In this document: positions 31,396-40,231 of the stretch, one piece after another
Layout of the letters: every line of letters starts with the position of its first letter
Numbering within the stretch: position 1 is the stretch's first letter
Source of the DNA: a virus
Lineage: Duplodnaviria; Caudoviricetes
DNA: 64,000 nt
Direction: 5' to 3' (one strand)
Virus record (IMG/VR): IMGVR_UViG_3300032227_000993
Position numbers and translations under genes: made by a program
Notes under the pieces: generated by a model
What the model was told of the DNA's origin: nothing
Databases searched by the model: none
What the model saw: the letters and a program-made list of their open reading frames with translations, nothing else

Positions 31396-31561
31396 CCTTG
31401 GCTTCGTTCATAAACACTTCCAAAGCAAGCCGTTCACGAACCGAAAGTTGTTGATAATACTTGACCATGTATTCGATGCCCGTAAGTTCATCAACTTGAT
31501 TGGCTTTGGCGAAATCTTGTATGTAAAGATACGCTTCTTGGATATTCATGGTCTTAAGCAT
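31376..31561 (-). CDS. small hypothetical protein
   Basis: 61 aa, has its own consensus promoter. Confidence 0.6.
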   Translation of the reverse strand: MLKTMNIQEAYLYIQDFAKANQVDELTGIEYMVKYYQQLSVRERLALEVFMNEAKVDNKLN

Positions 31562-31567
31562 AGTACT

Positions 31568-31596
31568 ATTATAGCTTAAATGGATTTTATTGTCAA
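31568..31596 (-). promoter_or_regulatory. sigma70 consensus promoter
   Basis: TTGACA-N17-TATAAT; ATG 6 nt downstream. Confidence 0.85.
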
Positions 31597-31600
31597 CCGA

Positions 31601-32728
31601 TTATTTTATCAGGTGTAGTTTGCTAAAACAAGCAGGTAATTGCCAGTTAGGGCCATCTTTTTTAATGTAGTTTATTTTGCCTGCTCGTGAAAACATTTCA
31701 AATACAATAGTGCTGTATTCGTCAACCAAGCGCCGCCATTTTTGTACAGCCGGTGAATCCTTATGATTTTGCCACCAATGTTCTTCTTCATACCAAAAGA
31801 AGAATTTGGTTTTTTTAACTTGCCACAGGTTTTTATCATGTGAAGGATACAACAATGTTTTTACAATTTCATCGTATGCTCCTGAGCCCCAAGCAGCACT
31901 TCTGTGTGGAAACTCAAGTAAATTTTTGTATTGTGGGTTGGCTTCAAACCAACGAATTAAAATATGAGCCTGTTTACGCAAAATCTTTTCTGCTGCTGGA
32001 TCCCAAAAAAACGAAATACATTCAAACGGCGATTCAGGATCTGCTTCAGTTTCGTTCATGATATGCGGATTCATGCGCTCGTCAATAAACGCAATGTAAT
32101 ATTTTCCGTCAACCAGATACAAAAACGGTTTGTCAATGGCGTAAATTAACCCAGCTCTTTTGAACTGTAAACTTTTGGGAAAGTAACGATACAAAAACTT
32201 TTTACCTAACGAACTAGCAGTATACGAATTTAAATCATTGACCTTGACAATAGTATTATTCCATAAGTCAACTAATTCTTGGCCCCAAGTCAAGTGAGTG
32301 ATATTGATGTTGGGTTGATATTGTCGCAGTTTTTCAACCTGTGGTTTGGCCGCAAGTACTGCTTCCTGCCCCATGTTCCTACCATCCTTGACATCTTCGC
32401 CAAGATATGATTCTTCGGCACTACGATTCATTAGTTGATCTATTTCTAAACCATTTTTAATAAAACTTTCTGCGGCTGTGTGGCTATCTTCGCCACCACT
32501 GTAGCTTAACAATAGGTAATCATATTTCAATCTAATGCTGAGTGCTCGTTCAAAATACAGTTGTTCTAAAGTTTCAGTGGGTTCAGTGCCCCAATCAACA
32601 CGGCCAAATTCCTCGTCACGATAATTCCAATGTGGAAAATAGTTATTGGGAATAGCCGCATTGAATGCTTCTAACTTATTAGTGTATATTTTTCCAGCAA
32701 CTTCATAATAGCCGTGTTTTGGAATCAT
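31601..32728 (-). CDS. PP-loop (adenine nucleotide alpha-hydrolase-like) protein
   Basis: LLSYSGGEDS PP-loop motif. Confidence 0.55.
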   Translation of the reverse strand: MIPKHGYYEVAGKIYTNKLEAFNAAIPNNYFPHWNYRDEEFGRVDWGTEPTETLEQLYFERALSIRLKYDYLLLSYSGGEDSHTAAESFIKNGLEIDQLMNRSAEESYLGEDVKDGRNMGQEAVLAAKPQVEKLRQYQPNINITHLTWGQELVDLWNNTIVKVNDLNSYTASSLGKKFLYRYFPKSLQFKRAGLIYAIDKPFLYLVDGKYYIAFIDERMNPHIMNETEADPESPFECISFFWDPAAEKILRKQAHILIRWFEANPQYKNLLEFPHRSAAWGSGAYDEIVKTLLYPSHDKNLWQVKKTKFFFWYEEEHWWQNHKDSPAVQKWRRLVDEYSTIVFEMFSRAGKINYIKKDGPNWQLPACFSKLHLIK

Positions 32729-33621
32729 TCTTTAATAATTTTTTTAATGTTATTGGTTGAATCCTTTAGATACTTGGCAAAATCAGTTGAGTTTTTAGGT
32801 TCTACTATCAACCCTCGACTTGTTAATGATTGCGATATGCTAGGATCTTTGAGAGCTGAAATTACAGCCGTACCAAAGGTATTTACAGCTTCATTAGTTG
32901 TAGCATTTGGAGTCACAATACCTAACCAAACTGACCCGCTAACAGGAATACCTAATTCGTAACTAGTTGGAACATCCGGCATAGTATCTAATCGGGTGCG
33001 ATTAAACACTAACATGGGCTTCATGGTGCCGCCTTGAACATGGCTACTAATTTGCAAGGCACTAGATGCCGAAACATCGACATGGCCAGCCAGTACATCG
33101 GGCCACATGGCACCACCGCCTTTGTATGGGATACTAGTCCAACCCGGCCGAGCTGCAGAAGTAGTCAAGTAAGCGATACTTCTGGTGCCGCCGTTGCCGT
33201 AAGTAATTTTTTCAGCCTTTAACAAATCGTTAACAGTTTTGTACAAACTTTTTGAATTTACTCCTAGCACCACTGGACTGTGAGCCATAAACACTACAGG
33301 TTGAAAATTAACCAAACTATGTCCGCTAGTCGGCTCCATAATAGAATTAGGTATGATCTCGTCAGCAGTTAATAAAAATGTGTAGTTGTCGTTGATAGAC
33401 ATTACCTTCTGTGCTCCAATAGAACCATTGGCACCAGGTACAAGTTCAATTACCACTGGTTGGTTTAATAGTTTAACTAGATGTGGTTGAATTGTTCGAG
33501 CAACAATATCAGACGTGCCACCGGCTGAATATGGTATTAGTAATTTAATAGGCTTTTCTGGCCATACAGCATACGCATAGTTTGTTGCACATAGTGCTAA
33601 TAATAAAATAATTTTTTTCAT
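32725..33621 (-). CDS. tripartite tricarboxylate transporter substrate-binding protein (Bug/TctC)
   Basis: Signal peptide, WPEKPIKLLIPYSAGGTSD..AR, PGANG, PYKGGG, PDVPT..ELG. Confidence 0.9.
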   Translation of the reverse strand: MKKIILLLALCATNYAYAVWPEKPIKLLIPYSAGGTSDIVARTIQPHLVKLLNQPVVIELVPGANGSIGAQKVMSINDNYTFLLTADEIIPNSIMEPTSGHSLVNFQPVVFMAHSPVVLGVNSKSLYKTVNDLLKAEKITYGNGGTRSIAYLTTSAARPGWTSIPYKGGGAMWPDVLAGHVDVSASSALQISSHVQGGTMKPMLVFNRTRLDTMPDVPTSYELGIPVSGSVWLGIVTPNATTNEAVNTFGTAVISALKDPSISQSLTSRGLIVEPKNSTDFAKYLKDSTNNIKKIIKE

Positions 33622-34181
33622 AAAGATTCCTTAAGTGTAATTAATAAATTTTCTTCAATAGGATCTCGCATAAGACCAATCTGCACAGCAATTCTTGATG
33701 TTTCAATATTTTCAACACTATGTATTTGTCGCCCGTTGATAAGATACCAGTTATTAGCTTGAGCATAAAATACTTCTATAGGTTCAAGATTATCGTACTC
33801 ATTAAAATACAGACCTTTGCTAATGTCTAACTTCAATTGTTCGTTACGAGCTTTGTAAAATACTGTCGATACGTTCTCCCCACCTGTGTTAATAACATAT
33901 TGTAAAGTGTAGAATCTTGTGCGGTCTAAGTGAGGACCCAAACACGGCGGGCTAATTTTACTGTAGCCTAAATTTGCCCATTCTTGTACGATGTATTTTT
34001 TAACCCAATCTTCCAAGCTAAAATTAACGTGTTCGCCTGTGTACACACCAGCAGAGTATTCCTTACTGTCTTGAGTTACTTTACGTAAGGCATCGCCAGT
34101 TATGTAAGTGACATTATCGTCACAATTAATTAACTCAGGCGGGATAGTTGGCAACCATGGCAAATGGATATACGAGTACAT
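33618..34181 (-). CDS. 2OG-Fe(II) oxygenase-like protein
   Basis: PHLD (HxD) ... IHSVE ... RIAVQI. Confidence 0.55.
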   Translation of the reverse strand: MYSYIHLPWLPTIPPELINCDDNVTYITGDALRKVTQDSKEYSAGVYTGEHVNFSLEDWVKKYIVQEWANLGYSKISPPCLGPHLDRTRFYTLQYVINTGGENVSTVFYKARNEQLKLDISKGLYFNEYDNLEPIEVFYAQANNWYLINGRQIHSVENIETSRIAVQIGLMRDPIEENLLITLKESL

Positions 34182-34244
34182 ATTAAAATTTAATTGATTT
34201 TATTGCTTGTAGAAGAACTCTACTACGGTAGGCGTTCTGTACTA

Positions 34245-34273
34245 ATTGTACAGTAAAGACATTGCTATGTCAA
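34245..34273 (-). promoter_or_regulatory. sigma70 promoter
   Basis: TTGACA-N17-TACAAT. Confidence 0.75.
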
Positions 34274-34450
34274 GCGTCTTGGAAAATCCGACGTCGGAAG
34301 AACCCGGCGTTGCATTATTATTTAGTACTGGTTATTCTTGTGTCAGGAAAACCAGCAAACCCCGTGAGCCCAGCCCATCCGGTTTTCGGGTCAGCGGAGG
34401 CAGAATATGGTTACCGGTCTGCCTATAACTACTAACGAACTATTTTTTAC

Positions 34451-34618
34451 TTACCTGCCACGGCCAGCACTACGAGTAGGCGGTTTTTTAGCCGGGCCCG
34501 ATGACGGTTTTACTTTTACTTTTTTTTCTACTGTGGCATTGACATCGCTGCCATCAACATGGTGAATGCCTTTTTTCTTATCTAATGCTGCTTTGATTGT
34601 ATCTGATAATTTACTCAT
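34451..34618 (-). CDS. small basic protein (55 aa)
   Basis: Not in track; MSKLSDTIKAALDKKKG...RSAGRGR, AAGGAAG RBS. Confidence 0.55.
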   Translation of the reverse strand: MSKLSDTIKAALDKKKGIHHVDGSDVNATVEKKVKVKPSSGPAKKPPTRSAGRGR

Positions 34619-34634
34619 ACACTTCCTTAAATTT

Positions 34635-34710
34635 TGGTGCCCTCACCATGATTCGAACACGGGACCCCCTGATTACAAATCAGGTGCTCTACCGACTGAG
34701 CTATAAGGGC
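34635..34710 (-). tRNA. tRNA-Thr(TGT)
   Basis: Full cloverleaf, CCTGA-TTTGTAA-TCAGG, encoded CCA. Confidence 0.95.
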
Positions 34711-34718
34711 AGTATTTG

Positions 34719-34934
34719 TTATTCTGCGACTACTGCTACTTCTGGTGCTCGGTAAGTAGGACGAGCTTTTAATTCTGTAATACGACGTTGAATTTTTGCC
34801 ACGTGTTTCTTGCGAGCATTGGTCACTAATTTTTCTAATTGAGCCACATTCAACGGACCCAAACGCTCTTTACCATTCTTGGTACGCATTGGATCTGCTT
34901 TACGAGTTTTTTGATTTCCACCTTTGGTTGCCAT
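34719..34934 (-). CDS. small basic protein
   Basis: K/R-rich 71 aa with RBS. Confidence 0.65.
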   Translation of the reverse strand: MATKGGNQKTRKADPMRTKNGKERLGPLNVAQLEKLVTNARKKHVAKIQRRITELKARPTYRAPEVAVVAE

Positions 34935-34957
34935 AATTGTTCCTTTGTTATTTTTAC

Positions 34958-36097
34958 TTATTCATCAATGCTGCTAGGCTTAAAAATTTCGTCGTAATTC
35001 AATCCACGTATTTGATCAAGCGTATCTATGTAATTTCTAAATTGTACATAGTGTTGGTGATTGAATTTGATATTGTTTGTAATGTTCTTGATAAATGTTT
35101 TGGCCTTAGAATCTAAATTGGAGGTCTCGGCCCACTGAACAAATAGATCAAAATCTTTTGGTGGAACACTATCTAAATTTAACCAAGGCTGACCTTGATT
35201 GGTATTAAAATGTATTGCAAAGTTATTATCGCGAGCAAACTCTACCAACTCAGGCAAGGCATACACACTAGTGTGTTGTATGGTATGATGTAACTGTATT
35301 TTTGTTATTGGTAAATGAGATTTTAATTTGACAAAATTATCTAAAATATTTTGCCACTTTGCTGGATATCGCACATAATAATTTTTATCTCCTGTTCCTT
35401 CTAGACTGATATTTAAAAATATTTGCCTGAATTTTTTGAGTACATCAATCAACGCAGTCGGTAAGCTACTAAAATTAGTATTAAACGATAGGTTTACTAG
35501 ATTTTTGTTTTTGATATCTTCTAACACACGTATTGTAGAAGGGTTAATAAATGGCTCTCCGCCAGTCATTCTAAAAGATATTGTGTTTTTTAATATGTCC
35601 TGACTAAATTGATAAAATTCATCAGTTTCGCAATATTCAGGGTGTTGGTAACTTATCTCCATGCCTAACTTTTTAAATTTTTCTTGGTTAGCCAATCGCT
35701 CCGCAGATATTAAACTACTTGACCATGGGCTACACATAATACATTTAAGATTGCACACACTAGAAATAAGATATTGGACATGATAAATTGGATTATTTTT
35801 ATCCACAGCCTGGGCAGCACGTTGTCCATAGGTCTCATTGCTTTGTTGACGTAAACTTTTTAAGCCTAAATCTTCCTCACGCCAACAAACCATACATCTG
35901 TCGTGTCTGATTCCGGCTTCGGCATCATCATGTATTCGTTGCTGGACTTCCTTTTGATATCGATCAAATTCAGTAAATTTAATATGTTGCCACTTGGATC
36001 TATCATATTGACAACATGGATCTAGGCTACCATCTAAATCAACTTTGATACCGTGGTAAGTCAAGGCACAGCGGAGAGGGTCGTTGACATCAATCAT
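34958..36097 (-). CDS. radical SAM protein, N-terminal twitch type
   Basis: CALTY..PCCQ..CMVCW; CNLKCIMC; TGGEP. Confidence 0.9.
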   Translation of the reverse strand: MIDVNDPLRCALTYHGIKVDLDGSLDPCCQYDRSKWQHIKFTEFDRYQKEVQQRIHDDAEAGIRHDRCMVCWREEDLGLKSLRQQSNETYGQRAAQAVDKNNPIYHVQYLISSVCNLKCIMCSPWSSSLISAERLANQEKFKKLGMEISYQHPEYCETDEFYQFSQDILKNTISFRMTGGEPFINPSTIRVLEDIKNKNLVNLSFNTNFSSLPTALIDVLKKFRQIFLNISLEGTGDKNYYVRYPAKWQNILDNFVKLKSHLPITKIQLHHTIQHTSVYALPELVEFARDNNFAIHFNTNQGQPWLNLDSVPPKDFDLFVQWAETSNLDSKAKTFIKNITNNIKFNHQHYVQFRNYIDTLDQIRGLNYDEIFKPSSIDE

Positions 36098-36824
36098 AAT
36101 AACCAGGGAATAAATTTACTAAATTAAATTGACTGTAGTCAACAGGAATAACGCCTTGTTTATTGTTTACAACAATATCTTTGATCAAGTCTTTGACTTG
36201 TTCGTGTACACCGTCGCTTAAATGACCAGTGCGATCCATAATGTAAGGGGCAACTCCTACACGTTCGCCTTCACCTAAACTTAATGTTTCAAACGCAAAG
36301 TCAACCAGTGTACCTCCGCTAAAGTATTTCTTAGCCAACTCCTGCGAGCTTGTTGTGTTGGGTAAAAAGATAAATTTAGTATTGGGATACTGTCTAGGTA
36401 ATTCTAAACACCACTTGACCATGAGTTCAAATTCAAACTCATGCTCATCTTTGCTGTACAGATATCTATAGTACTTGTCGGCAGCGTCTTGTATTTCAGC
36501 TTCTTTGGCAGCCAGCTCACCTAAATCTCTGCCTTCAATTTTGGCTGTAATAACTCGCTCAGTTAAATTGTCAGTGTACAATCTATGAGGCCAAGTAAAA
36601 GTAAAAATGGCAACATCAAAATTAATTTTTGCTGACCACCGCTTCCATTCAGCAATGGCATAGTATTGACTGGTGCCACCTAGTCCCGAACAGATAAATG
36701 GAGCGGCTAGATCGTCAAGCAATCGATGCGCCCAAATTTTTCTACCCAATGGTATATTGGGATTTTCACGCCTATGCCACACAGTATCAATGTAACTGTC
36801 GCCAAAAAACCCTATCTTCATTGC
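36090..36824 (-). CDS. SGNH/GDSL hydrolase-like protein
   Basis: IGFFGDSY block I, GLGGTS, C-term GHLS; likely start MKIGFFG. Confidence 0.55.
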   Translation of the reverse strand, partial: AMKIGFFGDSYIDTVWHRRENPNIPLGRKIWAHRLLDDLAAPFICSGLGGTSQYYAIAEWKRWSAKINFDVAIFTFTWPHRLYTDNLTERVITAKIEGRDLGELAAKEAEIQDAADKYYRYLYSKDEHEFEFELMVKWCLELPRQYPNTKFIFLPNTTSSQELAKKYFSGGTLVDFAFETLSLGEGERVGVAPYIMDRTGHLSDGVHEQVKDLIKDIVVNNKQGVIPVDYSQFNLVNLFPGYYD

Positions 36825-37450
36825 GGAACGGTGTAGTGGATTTGTAGTAGCTCGCGCATTTTGTATTGTGAATGCTTGTTCCAATTAGAAGTACAATGTA
36901 GTTGAATAGTTTCAAATAATGCTGCGGCACCGGCTTCGTAGGTAAAAATACCATCCAAGTTTAAATAGTCAGCCATGTACTTTCCATTGTTGGGATCTTG
37001 TGTATGCTCCAGGTCTTCAGTTTCACTGATGTTAGAAATCTTAGTAGCAGTTTCTGGATTCCAAGTCATAAAATATTCTTCAACCATCTTGGCATTGCTG
37101 GCTGATTTTTCTTTGAATACGATGGTTTTAAATTCAGGAATAGTATCTAACGCAATCACATACGTCCATGTTGGATGAGGAGTCTGCATTGAGTAGTCGT
37201 CAATATGGATAAGGTGCGCACGGCTTTGGCGCTGTAGTGCGCACCAGATGTCTGTGGCATTAGGATGTACAGCACGAACAATGTCTTCAATAATTTTAAA
37301 TTCTTTATCTTGTGGCACAACTTGTAATCTGTGATCGATAACGCCATCGTCTACTTCAAAATTAACGTAGACACGGTCTTTTTTATCTTCCCAAAATTGT
37401 CTAAAATCAACAATTTGTTCTGGTGTAACAAGTTTTTTAAATATTTGCAT
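36818..37450 (-). CDS. 2OG-Fe(II) oxygenase-like protein
   Basis: IHIDD ... QLHCT ... R; weak. Confidence 0.45.
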   Translation of the reverse strand: MQIFKKLVTPEQIVDFRQFWEDKKDRVYVNFEVDDGVIDHRLQVVPQDKEFKIIEDIVRAVHPNATDIWCALQRQSRAHLIHIDDYSMQTPHPTWTYVIALDTIPEFKTIVFKEKSASNAKMVEEYFMTWNPETATKISNISETEDLEHTQDPNNGKYMADYLNLDGIFTYEAGAAALFETIQLHCTSNWNKHSQYKMRELLQIHYTVPQ

Positions 37451-37505
37451 GTTGTTCTCTTTGTGTTATTATTACTTATTATTTTCAACAGTCAACTTTA
37501 AAAAA

Positions 37506-38510
37506 TTAACTTGAAAATTGTTCCATTACCTTATCAAATTTACCACATTGTTTAGCACACTCTTTTATGCCTGTTGTACTCCAAGCTGCTTCTACCTGAT
37601 CAAAATATCCGCTGTTAAAAATTTCTTCTAAGGTTTGATTATTAAGATTTGGCCAATACTTAATGGTATCCAAGTATTGTGTTTTGTTATGATGAGCGCG
37701 AATGTAAGTCATATCTAACCAACAACATGGAGTTACAGTACCGTCAGCACCGATGTAGACTTGATTGTCATTTTTTGCCTTGCAATTAATAACAGGTAAC
37801 TGTTGTTCTTCGGCCTTGATTACTTTACTTATCATATTGGTGCTTTTAATAGTCGGCTGTATGATGTGGACAGTTTTGCTGGTAGTGCTAGTAGTGCTAG
37901 AAGTGCTAGTGGTAACAGGTAATTTGTCAATGGTAAATCGATTTGTATTTTTTGTAAAAAATTCAGCGAATCCCATTTGTTTGCTGAGTTCTCTACAAGT
38001 GTCTGCTTGGTGTTCGTTATGTTGAAATACTAACATATCCCATCTAGCACGACCTCCAGCCTTGATAAATTCTTTAGCATTGTTAATAATTTTATTCCAT
38101 TCAGTGTTTATTCTGTACAAATGATGGGTATCCTCTAGCCCGTCAATGGCAAATACAACATCTACCCGCAAGTTGGCAAGTTCTACAAACCACTCGGGTG
38201 TTCGTGCGCTACCGTTGGTGTACAGCTCTAATGTCATGTTATTATTATGACTACGCAGATATTTAAAAATTTCCATAGTATCTTTGGCTACAATGGCGTC
38301 ACCAAGATTACCGCACATTTTTAAATGATTCAATTGTTTTACAAATTCCACTGAGAACCAAGTCTCAAACTGGTTTAATGTAATTTCAGTCAAGTTTACT
38401 AGGGGTGAAAGCAAACCGTTGGGTTCGTAACGACCGCACATAGGGCATTTGGCTTGGCACTTAGATGTAATTTCAAGATGTACCGATCTTAATTGATTAA
38501 TTTTGTACAT
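37506..38510 (-). CDS. radical SAM protein with C-terminal SPASM-like domain
   Basis: CQAKCPMC, CGNLGD; C-term C..GTVTPCCW..C..QC. Confidence 0.9.
   Translation of the reverse strand: MYKINQLRSVHLEITSKCQAKCPMCGRYEPNGLLSPLVNLTEITLNQFETWFSVEFVKQLNHLKMCGNLGDAIVAKDTMEIFKYLRSHNNNMTLELYTNGSARTPEWFVELANLRVDVVFAIDGLEDTHHLYRINTEWNKIINNAKEFIKAGGRARWDMLVFQHNEHQADTCRELSKQMGFAEFFTKNTNRFTIDKLPVTTSTSSTTSTTSKTVHIIQPTIKSTNMISKVIKAEEQQLPVINCKAKNDNQVYIGADGTVTPCCWLDMTYIRAHHNKTQYLDTIKYWPNLNNQTLEEIFNSGYFDQVEAAWSTTGIKECAKQCGKFDKVMEQFSS
37878..37913. repeat. 4 x 9-bp degenerate tandem repeat
   Basis: gctggtagt/gctagtagt/gctagaagt/gctagtggt, encoding a Thr/Ser run. Confidence 0.7.
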
Positions 38511-38547
38511 CTGTTATTTATTTTGACCTGAAGCCAGGATTATTGAT

Positions 38548-38637
38548 TGGCGGAGAGTGTGAGATTCGAACTCACGATAGTGTTACCACTATGACGGTTT
38601 AGTAGACCGTTGGTTTCAGCCGCTCACCCAACTCTCC
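38548..38637 (-). tRNA. tRNA-Ser(ACT), class II
   Basis: GGAGAGT/ACTCTCC, G73, long arm ATAGTG-GTAA-CACTAT, anticodon arm ACGGT-CTACTAA-ACCGT. Confidence 0.92.
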
Positions 38638-38654
38638 AGTTACTACAATAATTC

Positions 38655-38729
38655 TGGCTCCCCAACCAGGACTTGAACCTGGGACCAACAGATTAACAGT
38701 CTGCTGCTCTACCGACTGAGCTATCGGGG
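38655..38729 (-). tRNA. tRNA-Asn(GTT)
   Basis: CTGTTAA loop, G73, CCA; acceptor stem has a 1-nt bulge. Confidence 0.88.
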
Positions 38730-38762
38730 AATAACCTGTGCTACGCTTGCATGGGTATTGTG

Positions 38763-39089
38763 TTACTTATCGCGACGCTCGTGTCGATGACTGATTTTGT
38801 AAGTTTTGCCAAACAACTCGTAGCCTACGAGACCTTGTTCGACTTCCTGTAGTGCTGTCACACGATTTCCGTATTTACGTTCAATCAAAGTAGCATCGCC
38901 GCGATTTAATTCGCGAACACGATTGGCCACAATCAATACTGCGTCATAGCGTGTGCCAATCATCTCTGCGGCACGTTGTCCTGTGCGCCCTTCGATACTG
39001 TTACTGTCATAAAATTTATCAAGTTTGTAACGCAATACAGTATTGCCATCGCTTTGAATTTGTGTTACTACTCTTGTGGTATCAATCAT
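38763..39089 (-). CDS. rpoZ: RNA polymerase omega subunit-like protein
   Basis: IGTRYDAVLIVANRVREL..GD..VTALQEVEQG matches the RpoZ pattern (NRFDLVLVAARRARQ..IALREIEEG). Confidence 0.75.
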   Translation of the reverse strand: MIDTTRVVTQIQSDGNTVLRYKLDKFYDSNSIEGRTGQRAAEMIGTRYDAVLIVANRVRELNRGDATLIERKYGNRVTALQEVEQGLVGYELFGKTYKISHRHERRDK

Positions 39090-39107
39090 TTTATTTCCTA
39101 ATTAAAG

Positions 39108-39260
39108 TTAGTGTGGGATTTGTACTGGCAAGTACGGAACCGCTCGAGGACCATGACGTTGCTGCAAGAGTTTACGAGCTTCGTAGGCATCATCGGCGCC
39201 TACTCGATCCTTAAATTCTTTACCGTCGGGTCCTCTGACAGTTGCTTCGTACAGTTTCAT
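39108..39260 (-). CDS. small hypothetical protein (50 aa)
   Basis: Not in track; MKLYEATVRGPDGKEFKDRVGADDAYEARKLL... Confidence 0.55.
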   Translation of the reverse strand: MKLYEATVRGPDGKEFKDRVGADDAYEARKLLQQRHGPRAVPYLPVQIPH

Positions 39261-39261
39261 A

Positions 39262-39426
39262 TTATTTTGCCAAGATAGCTGCTTGTTTCAATGCTTTGAT
39301 GAGTTCGTGGGTGCGTCGCTTGGCAGCCATAATACTACGACTAGCGTGTGCTCGCTTTTCAGATTTACTCCATTGTCCTGCTAAAGTACGTTGTAATTCG
39401 GTTGCGGTTTGTTGTGGTTTTGCCAT
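39262..39426 (-). CDS. small basic protein (54 aa)
   Basis: Not in track; AAGGAGA RBS; downstream of a sigma70 promoter. Confidence 0.6.
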   Translation of the reverse strand: MAKPQQTATELQRTLAGQWSKSEKRAHASRSIMAAKRRTHELIKALKQAAILAK

Positions 39427-39448
39427 GACTTTCTCCTTATTAATAACT

Positions 39449-39477
39449 ATTGTACAGTAATATTCATACTATGTCAA
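39449..39477 (-). promoter_or_regulatory. sigma70 promoter
   Basis: TTGACA-N17-TACAAT. Confidence 0.8.
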
Positions 39478-39483
39478 CAACTC

Positions 39484-39560
39484 TGGTACCCCTGGAAGGA
39501 TTCGGACCTCCATATCCCGCCTTCTTGGAGCGGTGACTTTACCAGTTTGTCTACAGGGGT
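39484..39560 (-). tRNA. atypical tRNA-Leu(AAG), short variable arm
   Basis: ACCCCTG/CAGGGGT-A-CCA, anticodon arm CCGCT-CCAAGAA-GGCGG, T-loop TCCGAAT. Confidence 0.75.
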
Positions 39561-39566
39561 AAATCT

Positions 39567-40172
39567 CTATGTTACTTGTGTGGTACCATTTCCATTCTTG
39601 AAACCAACAACACCACCTTCTTCTCTGATGCGGGCTAATACATCTTCAAGTAGGATAGGCCTAAAGTCAGTTTGCTCCACGCATACACAATGGTATCTAG
39701 GATCAATCCACCGACGCCCACGCTCTACAAACTCTTGTGTAGTTTGTGCTGTTTTCATAACACGTTGCGTGTGCAAGTGACCATGAATGTTGACGCCAAA
39801 ACGACCAAGACTATCTTCATGAATAGGAATGTGCGTTAAAATCATTCCATTCATGACGTGTACACCACGCAGGCTTCTAAAGTAAGGAGCATAGTCCTCG
39901 TCCTTAAAAATATCGTGATTACCACGAATAAGAATCTTGTCACCGTTGAGTCTATTCATGATAGGCAAACTCTTACGACTCATAACAACGTCACCCAAGT
40001 GATAAACTTTGTCGTTAGGGCCCACAGTTTCGTTCCACGCTTTGACCATGGCCTCATCCATTTCATCTGGATTGTCCCACGGGCGGATTTTGACTCCTGT
40101 GTCTTCGTGAGTAAAGCGGCACACACCAGCGTGACCAAAGTGCGTGTCTGACGTCAAAAATACTGCTGGCAT
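39567..40172 (-). CDS. calcineurin-like metallophosphoesterase
   Basis: SDTHFGH, HLGDV, GNHD, THIP, HGHLH. Confidence 0.9.
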   Translation of the reverse strand: MPAVFLTSDTHFGHAGVCRFTHEDTGVKIRPWDNPDEMDEAMVKAWNETVGPNDKVYHLGDVVMSRKSLPIMNRLNGDKILIRGNHDIFKDEDYAPYFRSLRGVHVMNGMILTHIPIHEDSLGRFGVNIHGHLHTQRVMKTAQTTQEFVERGRRWIDPRYHCVCVEQTDFRPILLEDVLARIREEGGVVGFKNGNGTTQVT

Positions 40173-40202
40173 GGTGTGCTCCTTTCTTTAGGTTAATAAA
40201 GC

Positions 40203-40231
40203 ATTGTACTACAATTAGAATTTATTGTCAA
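40203..40231 (-). promoter_or_regulatory. sigma70 promoter
   Basis: TTGACA-N17-TACAAT. Confidence 0.8.

Noticed and set aside
31601-32728. PP-loop protein as the missing QueC
   Set aside because: Only the SGGxDS loop is shared; the QueC C-terminal Zn-binding CxxCxxC is absent and the protein is longer.
34246-34428. 60-aa plus-strand ORF
   Set aside because: No RBS, opposite to the local gene direction, overlaps a promoter; the region is better explained as structured non-coding sequence.
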